64,000 nucleotides of DNA, from contig NC_068982.1 in NCBI RefSeq assembly GCF_001194135.2, positions 115,323,065 through 115,387,064 on the forward strand, in the 5' to 3' direction. Below, in pieces: positions 39,701 to 53,900 of this stretch; position 1 is the stretch's first letter; each line of letters opens with the position of its first letter. The notes under the pieces were generated by a model. It did not search any database. It was not told the DNA's origin and saw only the letters and a list, made by a program, of their open reading frames with translations. Source of the stretch: Octopus bimaculoides (Eukaryota). The position numbers were made by a program, and so were the translations under genes.

Positions 39701-41807
39701 GGGTGATAGCTTGGAACACCAGAGGGTTTGCCCTTTTTGGGAAAGAAACTGTTATCTCTAAACACTCAGATATATCCCTGTAGAGTGAGCAACAAATTGA
39801 AGAGTTTGGTGAGGTTGAAGGTTAGGTCTGGAGCATATTGTTTGAAGATTATTAATGGAAAGAGGGAAATAATATTGCCAGGGTCAGTGGCCTCGACAAT
39901 ATTATGTCTTCAAAGTTTTATGGTCTTCAAATTGCGCCATCATGTTATTAAGACAGGAGCATTAATGAACAAACTTCAGGATTTTTCTTACATGTCAAGG
40001 CTGTACATGTTGGCAATTTTCTTCAACATCTCTCCCTCCTTAATGCCCTAGTATGGCTTTTGTAAAGCAAGTTATAACCAACACACTCTCACTCAAGAAA
40101 TTAGTTGAATACATGTAGTGGAAAGGGATGGCCTTAGTTTTACCTAGTGTACAATTTTTCTCTATGAATGTACTACATACAGAAGCAAAGTAAAAGGTGC
40201 ATTCAGTGAAATGGGTAGATCTTTTTGGTAAGTGACTAAAAAATATGGGCTGCAGTTAGAGAGCTGATGAGGATTTGCAAAGTGGCACGCAAGAGATGGC
40301 TGATGATGTAGTGCTGAGTAAGAGCCATCCAGTTTATAGGAGAAAATGATTTTTCTGAAAGCATTTTAGGCTGTACTTTTGTCTGAACTAATGCATCATC
40401 ATCTTTCATTTTCAGATTAATTTTATTTTATTCCTACTATGTCACACTAATTTTTGCATATTTACATGAGTGATAATTTGGAGTAAATGTTTTAGTCTTA
40501 TATGTAAACGGTCCTTCTCCTGCTAACCACACAAATAGAATCTACAGCGATAAAACGAAGGCAATTGAATTTTTATGAAAAATGGCCTTTTAGATGAAGA
40601 AAATGTTGCACCATATCATCATTGTGGTGGAGAAATGAATGAAGCTTGAAGAGAGAAAAGGGGCAAAATTTCCCCAATTTTTCCTTTAGAAATTGAAAAG
40701 TAAACTAAAAAGTAACCTAAAGTAATCACCCTTTCAGTTATAGATCACATGCCATTGTAGCACTGTCTGTTTTATTTATTCAACAAAGCAAACAGGAGAA
40801 AGTAGCATTACATACATTGCTTGGAGTGAACAACAACAGTAGTATGACCTAAGCTGATATGGTCAGTGTTCCAGCCATTTTGCCCGGCAAAGATTTATTA
40901 TTACTTTTGCATTGTGCTATAGATGCCAATGTTATTAACCCAAGTTTTAATAACAAAATAGCTATGATACATGAAATTTCCACATGAGCATGACTTGGAA
41001 GGGATCATTACAGCCCGAATAAGTTCCTTTTAAGGGTTACTTTTCCCCAATATGGATCAGAGGACCAAGCCTCTTACACAATTCCTCTGGCATAGTTTCA
41101 ATGGATGCGCTTAGTAATACTGACTACTTTACAGTACTCAGTACATTAGATAGGTGTTTTCTTTACATTGTTCTTTCATTTACCAACCACTTCACAAAGT
41201 GTACCTTGGAAGACCAAAGCCTCCATTCACTCAAAGCAGAAGATGAATAGAACAAAGAATACAAATGCAACAATTCAAAAACTCTAGGATGATAGGAGAG
41301 CGAACAATGGAAGAAAGATAGTGATAGGCAGCTAAATGCTGGGGTGGATAGATGGGATGATGCAAAAAAATAGTATGTGGAGGAGAATAATCTAAGTCAC
41401 CAAAGAATAAAAAAAGGATAATGGGAAGTGAAGAGACTAAAGCATAGTAATGAAGGTTGGTGGTGAGTGTCAGAATCTCCCACCTTTTTTTAATGCAAAT
41501 TTTTTTTAAATAAAAGACAAGTGCACAATTTTAAAGAAACTTCCAAAAAATGCCTTCATCCAATACATTTTTGCAGTAGAAATTATTTTTTTTCAAATGG
41601 CAATTTCTATATCTTATAGCCCAACCACTCTTGTTTCTCGCAACCAGATGCATTGTGCTACAGTGAGGACTTACTAAGAATAGCAAATTCTTTACGAACA
41701 CTTTATTAGTGGATTTATTTTGCTAATGTGTAAATGTCTAACAAATTCAAAAATGTTTTGCTATTATCAATGTTTTCATTGTTAAGCCAGTACAATTTTG
41801 TTATATA

Positions 41808-41896
<89 letters not shown>

Positions 41897-42125
41897 CTGA
41901 AACCATCCAATTCCAACAATGACTGACTGTTCACCCAAGCAAACCATTTGAAGATTCTATTGATGACACGAATAAATATTTCCGAAATATTTCCAATGCG
42001 GGTAATATTGGGGAAAAGGTAAGGAAATAATGAAAACAATGCACCATACATATATAAACCAGTTCCACAATGTAAACAATTTTTCAGGAACAAATCTGGA
42101 ACCCACACAGTTGGGTTAGATTTAA

Positions 42126-42156
<31 letters not shown>

Positions 42157-43940
42157 AAGAAAAATATCAATAGAAAAAGAATTTAACATCTATATTCAAG
42201 TGCATTCAGTACATACAATACAAACAAGGATGCTGCATTAATAGTGATGAGGAAAAGATATTGCATTTATATAGCTACGAGAAAAAGATTCTTGCAAATA
42301 TAGCAATGAAAAGTAATTCAACTACAGTTTTACCAAACTAAATGCCTGGAAAACAAATCTATGGAGAGTTGAAGATATTTTAAACTTCACATACATTTTA
42401 AATTTAGTGAAGGTTAACGTGATCATATTTTACTGAAACTGACAATGATGGGTAGCCCAAATCTGACACAATCCAGAAAACTGCCTTATTTTAAGAAAGA
42501 AAAACAACAGCAATTAACCATAGGCAAACATTCATTTTATGGAAATTACAATTCAGGTTATAATATAAATTTCCTTTTTACAATTATTAAAACTGTGAAA
42601 AGAGGAACCATGGCATATAAGGTTAGAGCCAACAGCAAAGAAATAACAGAAAGAAATAAAAACTCAGACAAATGAGAAAACATTCTATTTTTTAAAGAGA
42701 TGATGAAATACAATTCTTTTCCCAATAAAACTTGTAAATATTGTGCACGACCAAAGCCAGTGATTACAGCATTCAAACCATCCAACATTTCTAATATCTA
42801 ATTTCTTAATCATAAATGCTTCAATTCCTTTTGTAGGTCTTTAAAATTCTGTACCTAACAATTAATTAACTATACATCATTCTAAATACCAGCTTTTCAG
42901 AATCATTAGCAAATTATGTATTATGATTTAAAATTATCACATGACTTTAAGTGACCTGTGTACAGTTGTTAAAAATCAATAAAAAAAATATAAAAACTGT
43001 TTATAATATACTAGAAACGTATTAAACACCATAACTAGGGAGCAAAACTGATAGTAATCAATTCTACTGTTAGAGCAGCATATTACAAAACAAAATGTAA
43101 GATTTAAGAATTTTGTTAGAATTTATCAAGATATTTTTGCCAGAGACAGTTGATACCAATAAGTACAAAAAAGAAAAAAAGGAAAAAAAAATGCTCTAAC
43201 TACAATATCCATTACTTTAAAAAAATACAGAAATTTACTTAAATATTTACAAAGAAAATCTGTGAATGAAAACGTTAAATTTTTTTTAAATACTTCTTTT
43301 AAATGCAGTTTTAATGATTGATCAATTAAGGAGGCAATTTTAAAACTAATAGTTTTGAAATAAAACAAACAAATGGAGGAAGGGAATCAATTTCTGAAAT
43401 TTTCTTAATTATGAATTTATGACAGTTATGCCAAGCCAATTAGTAACAGTGTCTTTATTGTTGCTCTATATTGTATTTAAATTAAACCAAATTAACTGCT
43501 ATTAAATAAGTTTTACCACACACAGTCATTGATAGAAAGGTGAGGGGAATTTACCGTAGAATTTTATGCAAATAAGTCACTTAGAAGCACACTTATAGCA
43601 AATCAGAACATGTAATTAATCTTATGCTTACAATTTAACCTGTAATCTTTACCAAAATATCAATATATAATTTTTTGTTTCACCTTTCTTTCAATGTTCA
43701 CCTAATCTAAAAGGATTTCATATTCTACCATTTATCAAAAGGAAGGCATCCCCAACCACATTGCATAGTGACTAAGTCTATATCAAAATATCAATTTCAG
43801 TGGAAATCTATTTTGTGGTCAAAGGTCATTAGTGACAAGCAGTTTTCCATATCAATATTAGCCCATTTATTAAATATACCAATATAACCCTTATCCTGCA
43901 GAGAGATTTACAGATATATAAAAATATTAACAAAAACAAA

Positions 43941-43984
<44 letters not shown>

Positions 43985-44906
43985 ATTTTTTTTAATATGA
44001 AAATATTTTAACATTCAAAAAACATTCTCAAATTGAAAAACATTGCATCTGAATAAATTTTTATGTAAACTAACTTCTTAATTTAGAGGGTGATATCTTA
44101 AAATCCAGGCTGACCAATAATTCAATTATTCTGAACTTTATTATTACACCAGAACAAAAAAATAAATAAATAAAATAAATTTTAAAAAAGCCCATTAATT
44201 ATACTTAAAATCCAAACAAATTTTGATTAAGATTCCAAACTACTTGTTTACACTATCAGGAGCTAACAATGGTTGTTAATTCCGCTAGAAACAAACTAGT
44301 TTGAAAATCAGCAGGATAAGGGTTAATGCCTTCCTGTAGGATGCTTTAGGGTAACTGATATGGTCAGGAGCTAAAAAACAAACCTACCTGGTGCTATTTG
44401 AATTTTACAACTCGTTTCTGCTTGTAACCTTGATATCTGTTCACCACCTTTTCCTATAACTAAAAAAAGGACATGGAATGGTTTTAAGAATAATTCTACC
44501 TTTCTCTATTAATTTCTAAGTGTAAAAACAACTATACAAAAGAATTATTTTATTAAACTACTAGAAAGATAGTAATCAATTAAGGATGTGCTGGAGTAAA
44601 ATAAATTTTGGTAAATGACCATATAAAGTAAAGAAAGTTATATACCTCAAGATAAAAATAGACACTTTATTTTTAAAAGGAAATAGCCTGGTGAAATAAA
44701 AAGTCGACTTAAAAACCTCAAATCCTTTCACACTAAAATCAAATTTCAGAAACAAAGATATGAATAGGAAAAATAATTTTAGTTAAGCAGAATAGAAAGC
44801 TTGATAGAAATAGAACTCCATAATTGAAAACAAAAGACAGGAGAATAAAACAAAACAACGCAGATATGAAAACTGTATGGTAAGAGAATAATATTAAAAT
44901 ATATAT

Positions 44907-44947
<41 letters not shown>

Positions 44948-47900
44948 TTAAACATTATTCATTTGGAACTTACAGTGGAATGAGTATAATAATTAGATTA
45001 TGAAAAGTTTAATGAATTTATCAAAATGAATTAAACGGATGGGAAAAATATATAAAAAAAAATCATTCCCTTTATCTAAAAGATTAGCTAAAAATACAAA
45101 AATATATGCATTTATTTAAATACCAAACCTTTTCCAATAAGAAGTGGGGGAAAAAATTCTGATGGTCTCTGAAAATATTGTATGCTGATTTAATTAGACA
45201 TGAAGAATTCCATATTGTATCAATGCTTCCCAATTCTAAGTAGAGAAAATATTTTCTATTTGTTCTTTTAAAATTTCAGATACTAACTAACATGCTAGCA
45301 ATAAAGAAACTAGAAATGTAATCCAAGTGTAGCAATGAACCAATTTTAAAATTTATATAAAGCAATTAAATATCAGCTGATGAAAGTTAAAATAAAACTC
45401 CTCAGCATGTTAAATTTACAGATCTCAATAAACTATAAATCTGGTGTAATTAATTAGTCAGCCTACAATGACAAACAATTTACGAGGTTTGGCATGTCAG
45501 AAATTTCTAAGAAGTTTCATTATCTAAGGACTTTCACAGCCACATTGAAATTTATGACTTCATCGATAGACAATAGCAAATAGATATACAAATGTAACTT
45601 ATAAAAACAAACATCAAGAATTTAATTAAAAACTGTCACCTGCAAATATTTAGATACTAGCAATATTGATAACATTGTTCAATTTGAATAAAATAATGTT
45701 GGCCATACAACTAAAATGTTATGCAACTCAACTCATTCATCAAATTGTTATATGACAACATAGCCCTCTCATTTCTTTAGGAAGGAATACTTTTACAAAA
45801 ATCAGATTTGTTTCAAAACCTCCCCAATTTTATATGCTACTATTAGTCAATAACTATGTAACAAACTATGAATAAATGTACAAGCATGCATCAAATTTAA
45901 GAGCATGCTACACTTGCTTTAAAATGAAACTGGAGTTAACCACAAACAATTTTGTAAATTGAGAAACGTATATTTTCAAAATGTAAATACACATCTTTCC
46001 AATGATGACAAATGCTCAGAAAAGACATAGCAAACACAATATATTGTTTTCTGGTAGTCATTATTAAAAGAAGATTAAATAGTCCTCAGCTACAGAAACA
46101 CTGATCCAAGAGCAAATACAGTAATTTCTATACTCATGGTAGCATAATATATAGATTAGGATGTAAGATGTGGGTTAATGATATAGAGAACCAATAAGGG
46201 AAAAGCAAAAACTTAAAAAGAACTATGATAAACTGAACAATATATAGGAAATCAATTATAAAACTTGACATAAATTTACAATTGCTCAATATTTCTTTAT
46301 CATCCATTACCATCAGTTAAGCATTCACATTTTTGCACTGGTGTATGTTGTGTATATCTTTGACATTTCTTTAGTGATTTCTCAGCTTGCACTCAACTGA
46401 TGGTACCCATTTGTGATATTAGTATTATATATCTACTCCAGGATGGTCACTTGTCTTGCAATATTAAAAGTGAAGCAGTCTGCATTTTAAACTGTGCTGT
46501 TTCTGAAATTTATGCTGCATACACAACAGACTACATCTACCTTATTCCCTTCTAGTTATTATAGAGCAAAATGTATTTTCTGTAAAAAGAGCAGACTTTG
46601 CTTCTGCAGTTTGTAGTTGCTAACCAACCACACTGCCTAGTTTAATACCAACACTTGGTCCTTGTGTGCTTTTAGCAAAGTTCACTGTCGCAAACATTCA
46701 GAAATTCTTGTTTTTTTTGCTAGATATTCAGAATTGGTACCAACCTCTTCATATGGAAATGCCTACTACCTGACTAAGTTTTGCAACAAAACTAATTATG
46801 TCATCACTCGTATAAAAGATAGCTTCACACTACCAGCAGTATCGATATTTTGTGGTAGTTTTAAATACAGCAGTACAAATACTGTCCTGTAATGATGCTT
46901 CTTACAGAACAGAAATGAATTAGAGATAGGGAGATTAGAGTTTTCTCCCTTCCATTTGAGTTCTTCACTTCTTTCAAACTGTGTAAACAAGGTTATTTAA
47001 GCATTATGCATTCCAGAACTGGCTGACTGGTGCAATCCCATGAGGTACAGTCATACAAGAAGGTAAGAGTTAAACCCATTCAGAAGTCCCTAGACTGATC
47101 AAGCAGATAAAACCAAGCCAGCTAATAAAGAACTCATTTGAGTAGGGGTAAACAGTCCCACCTGCTGTGTGTGGGGGGGGGGGGGAATAAAAGAAGGAAA
47201 AAAATTTTTTTTAACACGTGTCTAATCAGAATTGTAAAATATAACCAGCTACAAATCAAAACTGTATACCATCACCCACCATGAATTTCCGTAATTATTA
47301 CTAACACCCCTAAAACTTCACTCTCTTGTGTATCAGATTTATCTATGATGCCAATGGTGCTACTGTTACAACTGTACATACCACTTAGCAAAACTGGTTC
47401 CAATGAACTTTAATGACAAAAAAAAAAAAAAAAAACGCCATCTTCATGGTAGACTCAAATCTGTCAAAATAGTTAATGCAGTGAACATCAAAAATCTAAT
47501 TAGAAATAACTATATGTTGAGGGAAAGACATCATTAACTCATGATGAAGTCTATGACTAAAATATAAGCCAATATATATGTGATACCAGTTGTTCTGACT
47601 TGTCATAACTGCCCAGCCCTCTCAATTGATAGTATACACATGACAGTATACTCATGACACTTTCTCCTCATTAATAACAAAAATTATTTCATCTGACATC
47701 CTAATGCACCTAGATTTTACGTTTTTACACACAAGAGAAAGAAAAACTGATAAATATTCTTGTTGATAAAACCCACATTTATGAGTTTCTTTGCTACGGC
47801 CACTTTCTTCTGTCTATTATGAAGCTGTATTTTGTTGACAAATTACCTTAACCCCACAATCATTTCAGTTAGTCTCAAAATATGAAATCCAAAAAGACTA

Positions 47901-50900
47901 AATAGAAAGACACAAAAGTTCTGCTTCAAAAAATAAAATTATGTTTAAATTTAACTTGTAAATTATTTTTATTACTGGCTATATCAATGGTTTCATAAAT
48001 AATATTTACTTTAGCATATGGTTCTTTATCATAAGTTATGCTGAAAATGTGGAGTGAAATAAAATGAAATTAATGTGTGTCAATGTAACACCAACTACAC
48101 TGCCATTAGTTCAAGTACTTTATACTGCATTAAATGGCCTTGTCCATATCCTAAATTTCATTTAATCACAATTGGATAGAGAAGTCATACAGATATAGCT
48201 GAGTACAATTTTTCAAATATTAAAATGCACATCAGGTTTTTGACATAAAAAACATACACATGAAAAGAATGAAGATTTCCAGTCTTTCCACAAAATAGTT
48301 TATTTTGCTTGAATCTCAGCAATGTGCTTCTTTTGTAGGACAAGTATCACACTTGCTACATTTGGTAGCAAAGTCTAAAAATCTATATGTATGAATTCAA
48401 AAAATATCAACTAATTTCAGTAATATTTTTAATATTGCTTTCAGATTATGTAAACAGTTTACATAATCAAGAAATATTTATATAGAATTTCATATTAAAT
48501 ATGCTAGAGTTTTGAGAATATCCAGGAAAATTCAATATTTTAACCCAATAATGGGTTGAAAGCTATGAAATTTACAATGTGTAATGAGATCCTTTTCGAG
48601 TTCATAAAATTAACCACATTAAAAATATTTGGAAAAGTTTTTACTGCTAAACTAGCCAAAGTTTTTAAAAAAGAAAAATGTAAAATAAATTTACACAACA
48701 GATTTAAACATGTCAATACACATTTTCAAACGTGAAGAATCTAGAAATAAAGCAATAAACCAGTTAATTTAAATGAAACTTAAATGAGATTCAACATGTG
48801 GAAAAGATGATTGCCATCAATTACTATTCCTAAACTATATTGTTGAACCAGTCACTTTAAATAATTGTTTTTTTTTATTGTCTAATTAACTCTTAAAATT
48901 TGCGAGCATAATGATCTATTAAATTTATATTGATATATGTCATAAATATCAGTAACTGCAACTGAATAGATAAATTAATGTCTCTTTATAGCTGAGCACA
49001 TTTTTGTTTTTTTATTAAGGATTATGTATAAATTAATGCAAAATATTTAGGATGGTTTTGGTATCACCATCTATATAATACAAAACTGAAATATAAAAAA
49101 ATTTTGACAGACTACTTGAGAAATTAACGACAAACACAACACACAATTGAAAGCATCATTACATATATTATAGAAAGATTATCTGTGCAGGACATCAGGA
49201 TAGTTAGTTGCAGCAAACAGAAAAAGAGATGAGAGGAAAGAAAAATGAAGTTATGAAATTAGTGTTCACAAATTCAAGGAAATAATTTTGACTCAAAATA
49301 AAATCAGATTGTTTACTTCATTCTAAACATTCTTAAAGATTATCATCGTAAAACAAAACTGATAAATCTGCAACTGTTCGTCTTGAATTCAACTGGCTGA
49401 AAGCTTAACACAGTAATCCAATATAAATTATGATGTACAGCTGAGAAATTCATTCACTGAAAAACAATAATTTTTTTATAACATTCAAACAATCCCAATA
49501 CGTGCTTTAAAAAATAGGACATTAAATGTACTTACTCAATCCAACAAGTTTATCAGGCACTTTATATTCTTCAGAAGCAACCATTTCCATTGATGAATGT
49601 GGGCCTGGGCTTGTGACAGGAGAGGACTTTTGCAAATTTGGATTAGAAACACCTAACTGTTGATTAATACGAGCAGCTGCTTCCTGTGCTGCTTGAGCTG
49701 CTTGTGTTGCTTGGTTAGATCTAGAAAACAAAAACATTCAGACAAGAAACAATAAAGCAAAAGTTACAATAACAGAGGAACTGGTTGTGGGTTCGACCTT
49801 ATGTTTGTTTTCCTATCAATACAAGGCAATATGATTTTGCTAGCCACTATATCACTGAACTGAGAGCATTTTCATTTACATGCAATTGGTTAGGGTATTG
49901 AATAATAAAATCAATTATTCCAACACATATGCATTGTCCAAAATTTTTTTAATTAAGGTATGTAATAAACAGAAAAAATCTTACCTCTGTTGTTCAGCCA
50001 TAGCACGCAACTGAGCACCAATTGCTGCAATCAGAAAAGGAAGAGTTAAAGTTTCAAAAAAGAAGTTAGATACAATTACAATATTTCATGTAAATTAAAT
50101 TCATCAGTCCACTAAGAATAAGTCTGTCAATTCAGTTATCTCATTAAAAATTTTCCAACGCTTTGCTGATTGCATATCTTAAATGACAAGGAGCCAAAGA
50201 ATTAAATCAACAATATATAATTTTAAAATTATAAACATAAAAAAATAAACTTGCATTGTTCACAATGAAGTGACACTGATTATAAATAATAAATCTGGAT
50301 AAGAATATTAAAAACCATAATTTTGAAAGATACGAGACTTGAAACCTCCTGCCACTACCACCACCATAGTTCATGAATGAGTGAATTCAAAATTTATTAG
50401 TAAGCAACGAAGCCCCATAAAAACCACTGAGGTAGACTGATCAAAATTCTGAATTTCATTAACAGATTAATAGATGACAACAAAAATTTATTCAAACTAT
50501 TTTTATGTTAAATGCAAATGTATATGATTTGATGACAATGTGTAAATACAAAATAAAACCAAGACACTAAGAAATATTTCAGGTAGATCAATGAAGAACC
50601 AGTACAACTTTATACACTAATACATTGTGGTATTAAAACTTGAAGGAATGAAGATATCTAAATAATTTAATAGGTAAGAGTGCAGCTTGTAATTGAACAT
50701 TTGAAGTGTTGTGAAAGCATTATAAGCTCATTCTAAGTTGCAGGTGTCAAAACAAAAACCACTAGTTGGCAGATCAATTTGGCAGACAATTTATATAATT
50801 ATCTAATAGTTTAACCCTTCTGATACCAACCTTACTGAGACTGGTTCTATGATACAAACCTCATGTTTAAAAGCCATTCTAAATTAAAACTTTATGTCAA

Positions 50901-53900
50901 AATTTCATGCTAATTTGTTCAACACACCAGTTTAGTAATCACAAAGTTATTTTACTAAATTATTTTCAAAACTAATTAAAGCAAAGGCAGTGTATTTCAA
51001 TATAAATAGAATAACAAATTGATTAAGGACTAATTCCATAAATAAAAAGTAAATGAAAGAAAAAAGCAGGAATGAAATCAATACAGAATAGTTAATTCTA
51101 AACAAGAAGATGTAAAAATAAAAATATAAAGTGCTTTAAAATAGTGCAACTAAATTAATTTGCAAAAATAATGTACAAATGTCAAACCAGCCTAATTCAA
51201 AATTTCTTAGTAAATATCTTAATTGCATATTAAATGTTGTTAAATGATTTCTTTAAAATACTTCCTCAAATGTAAAATATAATACAGAATAAAAGTTAAA
51301 ATACAGTATCAGAAAAACCTGCAAATAAAAATACAATTAAAATGGTAACACTTCAAAATAAAACATTGCACCTATTTAAAAGGCATATAGGTTCTATAAG
51401 GAAAGGGTGGGGGTGTAGTTTTAAAAAAACCTTAATATAAACTACAATGTCTGATGGTCCACAACACCACAATATGATTAACTATATTTTCTCAATAATT
51501 AACCTATGCAATACTTAGTGGCTGATGGAAAATGCAAAGAAATAACTACTGTGCAACTAATAACTTACGATCATTTATCGCAGCAGGTGTCTTCTTTACA
51601 TCGGGTTCACCTGAAAGAAAATTTTTGAAAGCAATTTAATCAATTGCCTTTCAAGTAATAATTAAAAAAAAAATTATGTAAACAAGAATTATTTTAAATC
51701 TATTACAAGTAACTGTTCATGAAAACACTAATGATTGCGTAATGCTAAATTTGCTGATTAAAGAAAAATACTTGGATTATAAAAATCTATCTCAAGAAAA
51801 TTTTTGACGAAGCTAGTCATTCAGTTGAACTAATAATTATAATAAATGGTAATAAAGCTTCTTTATAAACTCTGTTCACCTAGTCCAAATACTGATCCTC
51901 TCCAGTCAAGGCAATCTGTTAACATAACACTAAGAAATACACACTAAGTGTGACATGAATATAGATACAATATAGATATTCATAAGAACAATCTGCAATA
52001 AACATTGCAAATAACAATAATCAGCCACAACTTTTGATATCACGGCTCTCATCATTTAACTTTCATGGATTGAACAGTCTGACAGGATCGGATGACCTCA
52101 AGAGGTACATTGTGCTTCAGCATCAGCTTGGTCTCTACAGCCGGACGCCCTTCCTAATGCTACCCACCTTACAGTATATACTAGATGCTTTTTTCACGCT
52201 ACCAGCACTAGTGAGGCTACAGAGTATTTTACAAGACCATGAACCCCAATGAGGTAACTTTATACTAGGTGAGTGGTGAGGGAGGAGAGAGAAGGGGCCA
52301 GAGCAGAACAGGTTTTTCATTGCACAAGTGCTACATGACTATATTCATTTTTGAAGAGAGGGCGGAAGTAGTGAAATGGAGCTGGAAAGAATGAAAGAAA
52401 AATTTTTATTTAATAAAAAGTTAGGGTGAATCTTTAGTGTAAGGTGGATAGAAATGAGTGGGACAGAGGGATCAGGGAAGAAAGAAAATTTGGTGGCTCA
52501 GTGGGAGAGGTGGTCAAAGTGCAAGTGAATAGTATTAATGGATAACCAGTGAAATAATTCTAGAATGAAAGAAAATTGGACAGAGGTCTCCATTTTGTGC
52601 ATGTGTGTGTACACACAGAGTCTACCAGAATTGGGCTTTGCCAAAGTGAACAGGCCATGAGAATTGCACATTAGTCATCCTCATCCTGTCATCACATCAG
52701 TGAAGTTCTAGGTCCTGAGGCTAGTCTTTACCACTTCATTCCATGTCTTCCTGCCTGGAGATTGTCTTATGCAAGCTCCACCCGCATGAAGTGAAACTTT
52801 TTTTTTTTTAATACAGCTGTCCTATTATTAATAGTAAAATTATATTCCGCCATTTAGGAATGTACAAATGTCCCAAAAGTCAGCAAGGTCTTTGAAAAGG
52901 TCAAGACATCTCAGAATTTTTCATACTCATTTCTTTTTCAGAATATGGTAAAACTTGCAACTAAACAAAAAACCAAAATCATGGAATTTTAAGTTTAACC
53001 AGTCTACCATTCCACACTCAAAAGAATATTGCAGACATTTCAATGTCAAAAACCATGTGATCTGATTTGTCAGTTGAATCAACATTTTAGGCAATATGGC
53101 TCAGTTACTTACTATGAATGTACAGTCAGTTCAGATAAATCATAAACATGTAAGACTGTTGAAGAACCAGAAACATCTTTTAGCAAATGCTCTGACCTGT
53201 TGAGGAATAGCTTGATGTCATAGCATCGCATTTTGAGAGATGATTTGTACTGCTTCCATTAAAATATAATTGATACAGAAACTGTAAATGACAGATCAAC
53301 AATGCTTAAATTACAATCTAAATTGAAAGGCTGGCTAATGATAAATTTGTTCAGAAGCTGATGAGTGATAAGGTTCATTTCCATTTGCTTTTTTAAAAAG
53401 CAGAACAATGGGACATAGGATTAGCGAACTTCTAAAAGTACTCATCAGCATGATTTGCATCCTTTCAAATGCATAGACTGGTGTAGTGCAACTTCAAAAA
53501 ACACTGGACCATAACTATTTGAAGATACAAATGACAATATAAGAAAAATAACTAGTGAGCACTTTTGGGTTCATGATCAAGTCTTTTTTGTTACTAGCAG
53601 AGCAGAACAAACCTGAAATGTGGTTTCAACAAGCTAGAGTCACTGCTCACATGACCTGGACAATGATGGAGTGTCTAAAGCAAATTTTTTATCAAATAAT
53701 TTAAACAAAATCCTCAGATTTTATGGACATGATGTCTTCTGATCTGACCCTCATCCCCAATTTTCTTCTTTCAAGATATTTCAATGAGTCTGTTCGCATC
53801 AATTAACTCCAGGCAAGTCTACAACTTAAGGATAATATCTGTGCAGAAATTCACCAGCCAAATTTTATTAACTAGTGTTATGGTGAATGATATCAACAGA

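Noticed and set aside
40295-40365. C/D-box-like pattern (TGATGA...CTGA...ATGATT...CTGA)
   Set aside because: Antisense to the host gene and no convincing terminal stem or recognisable guide
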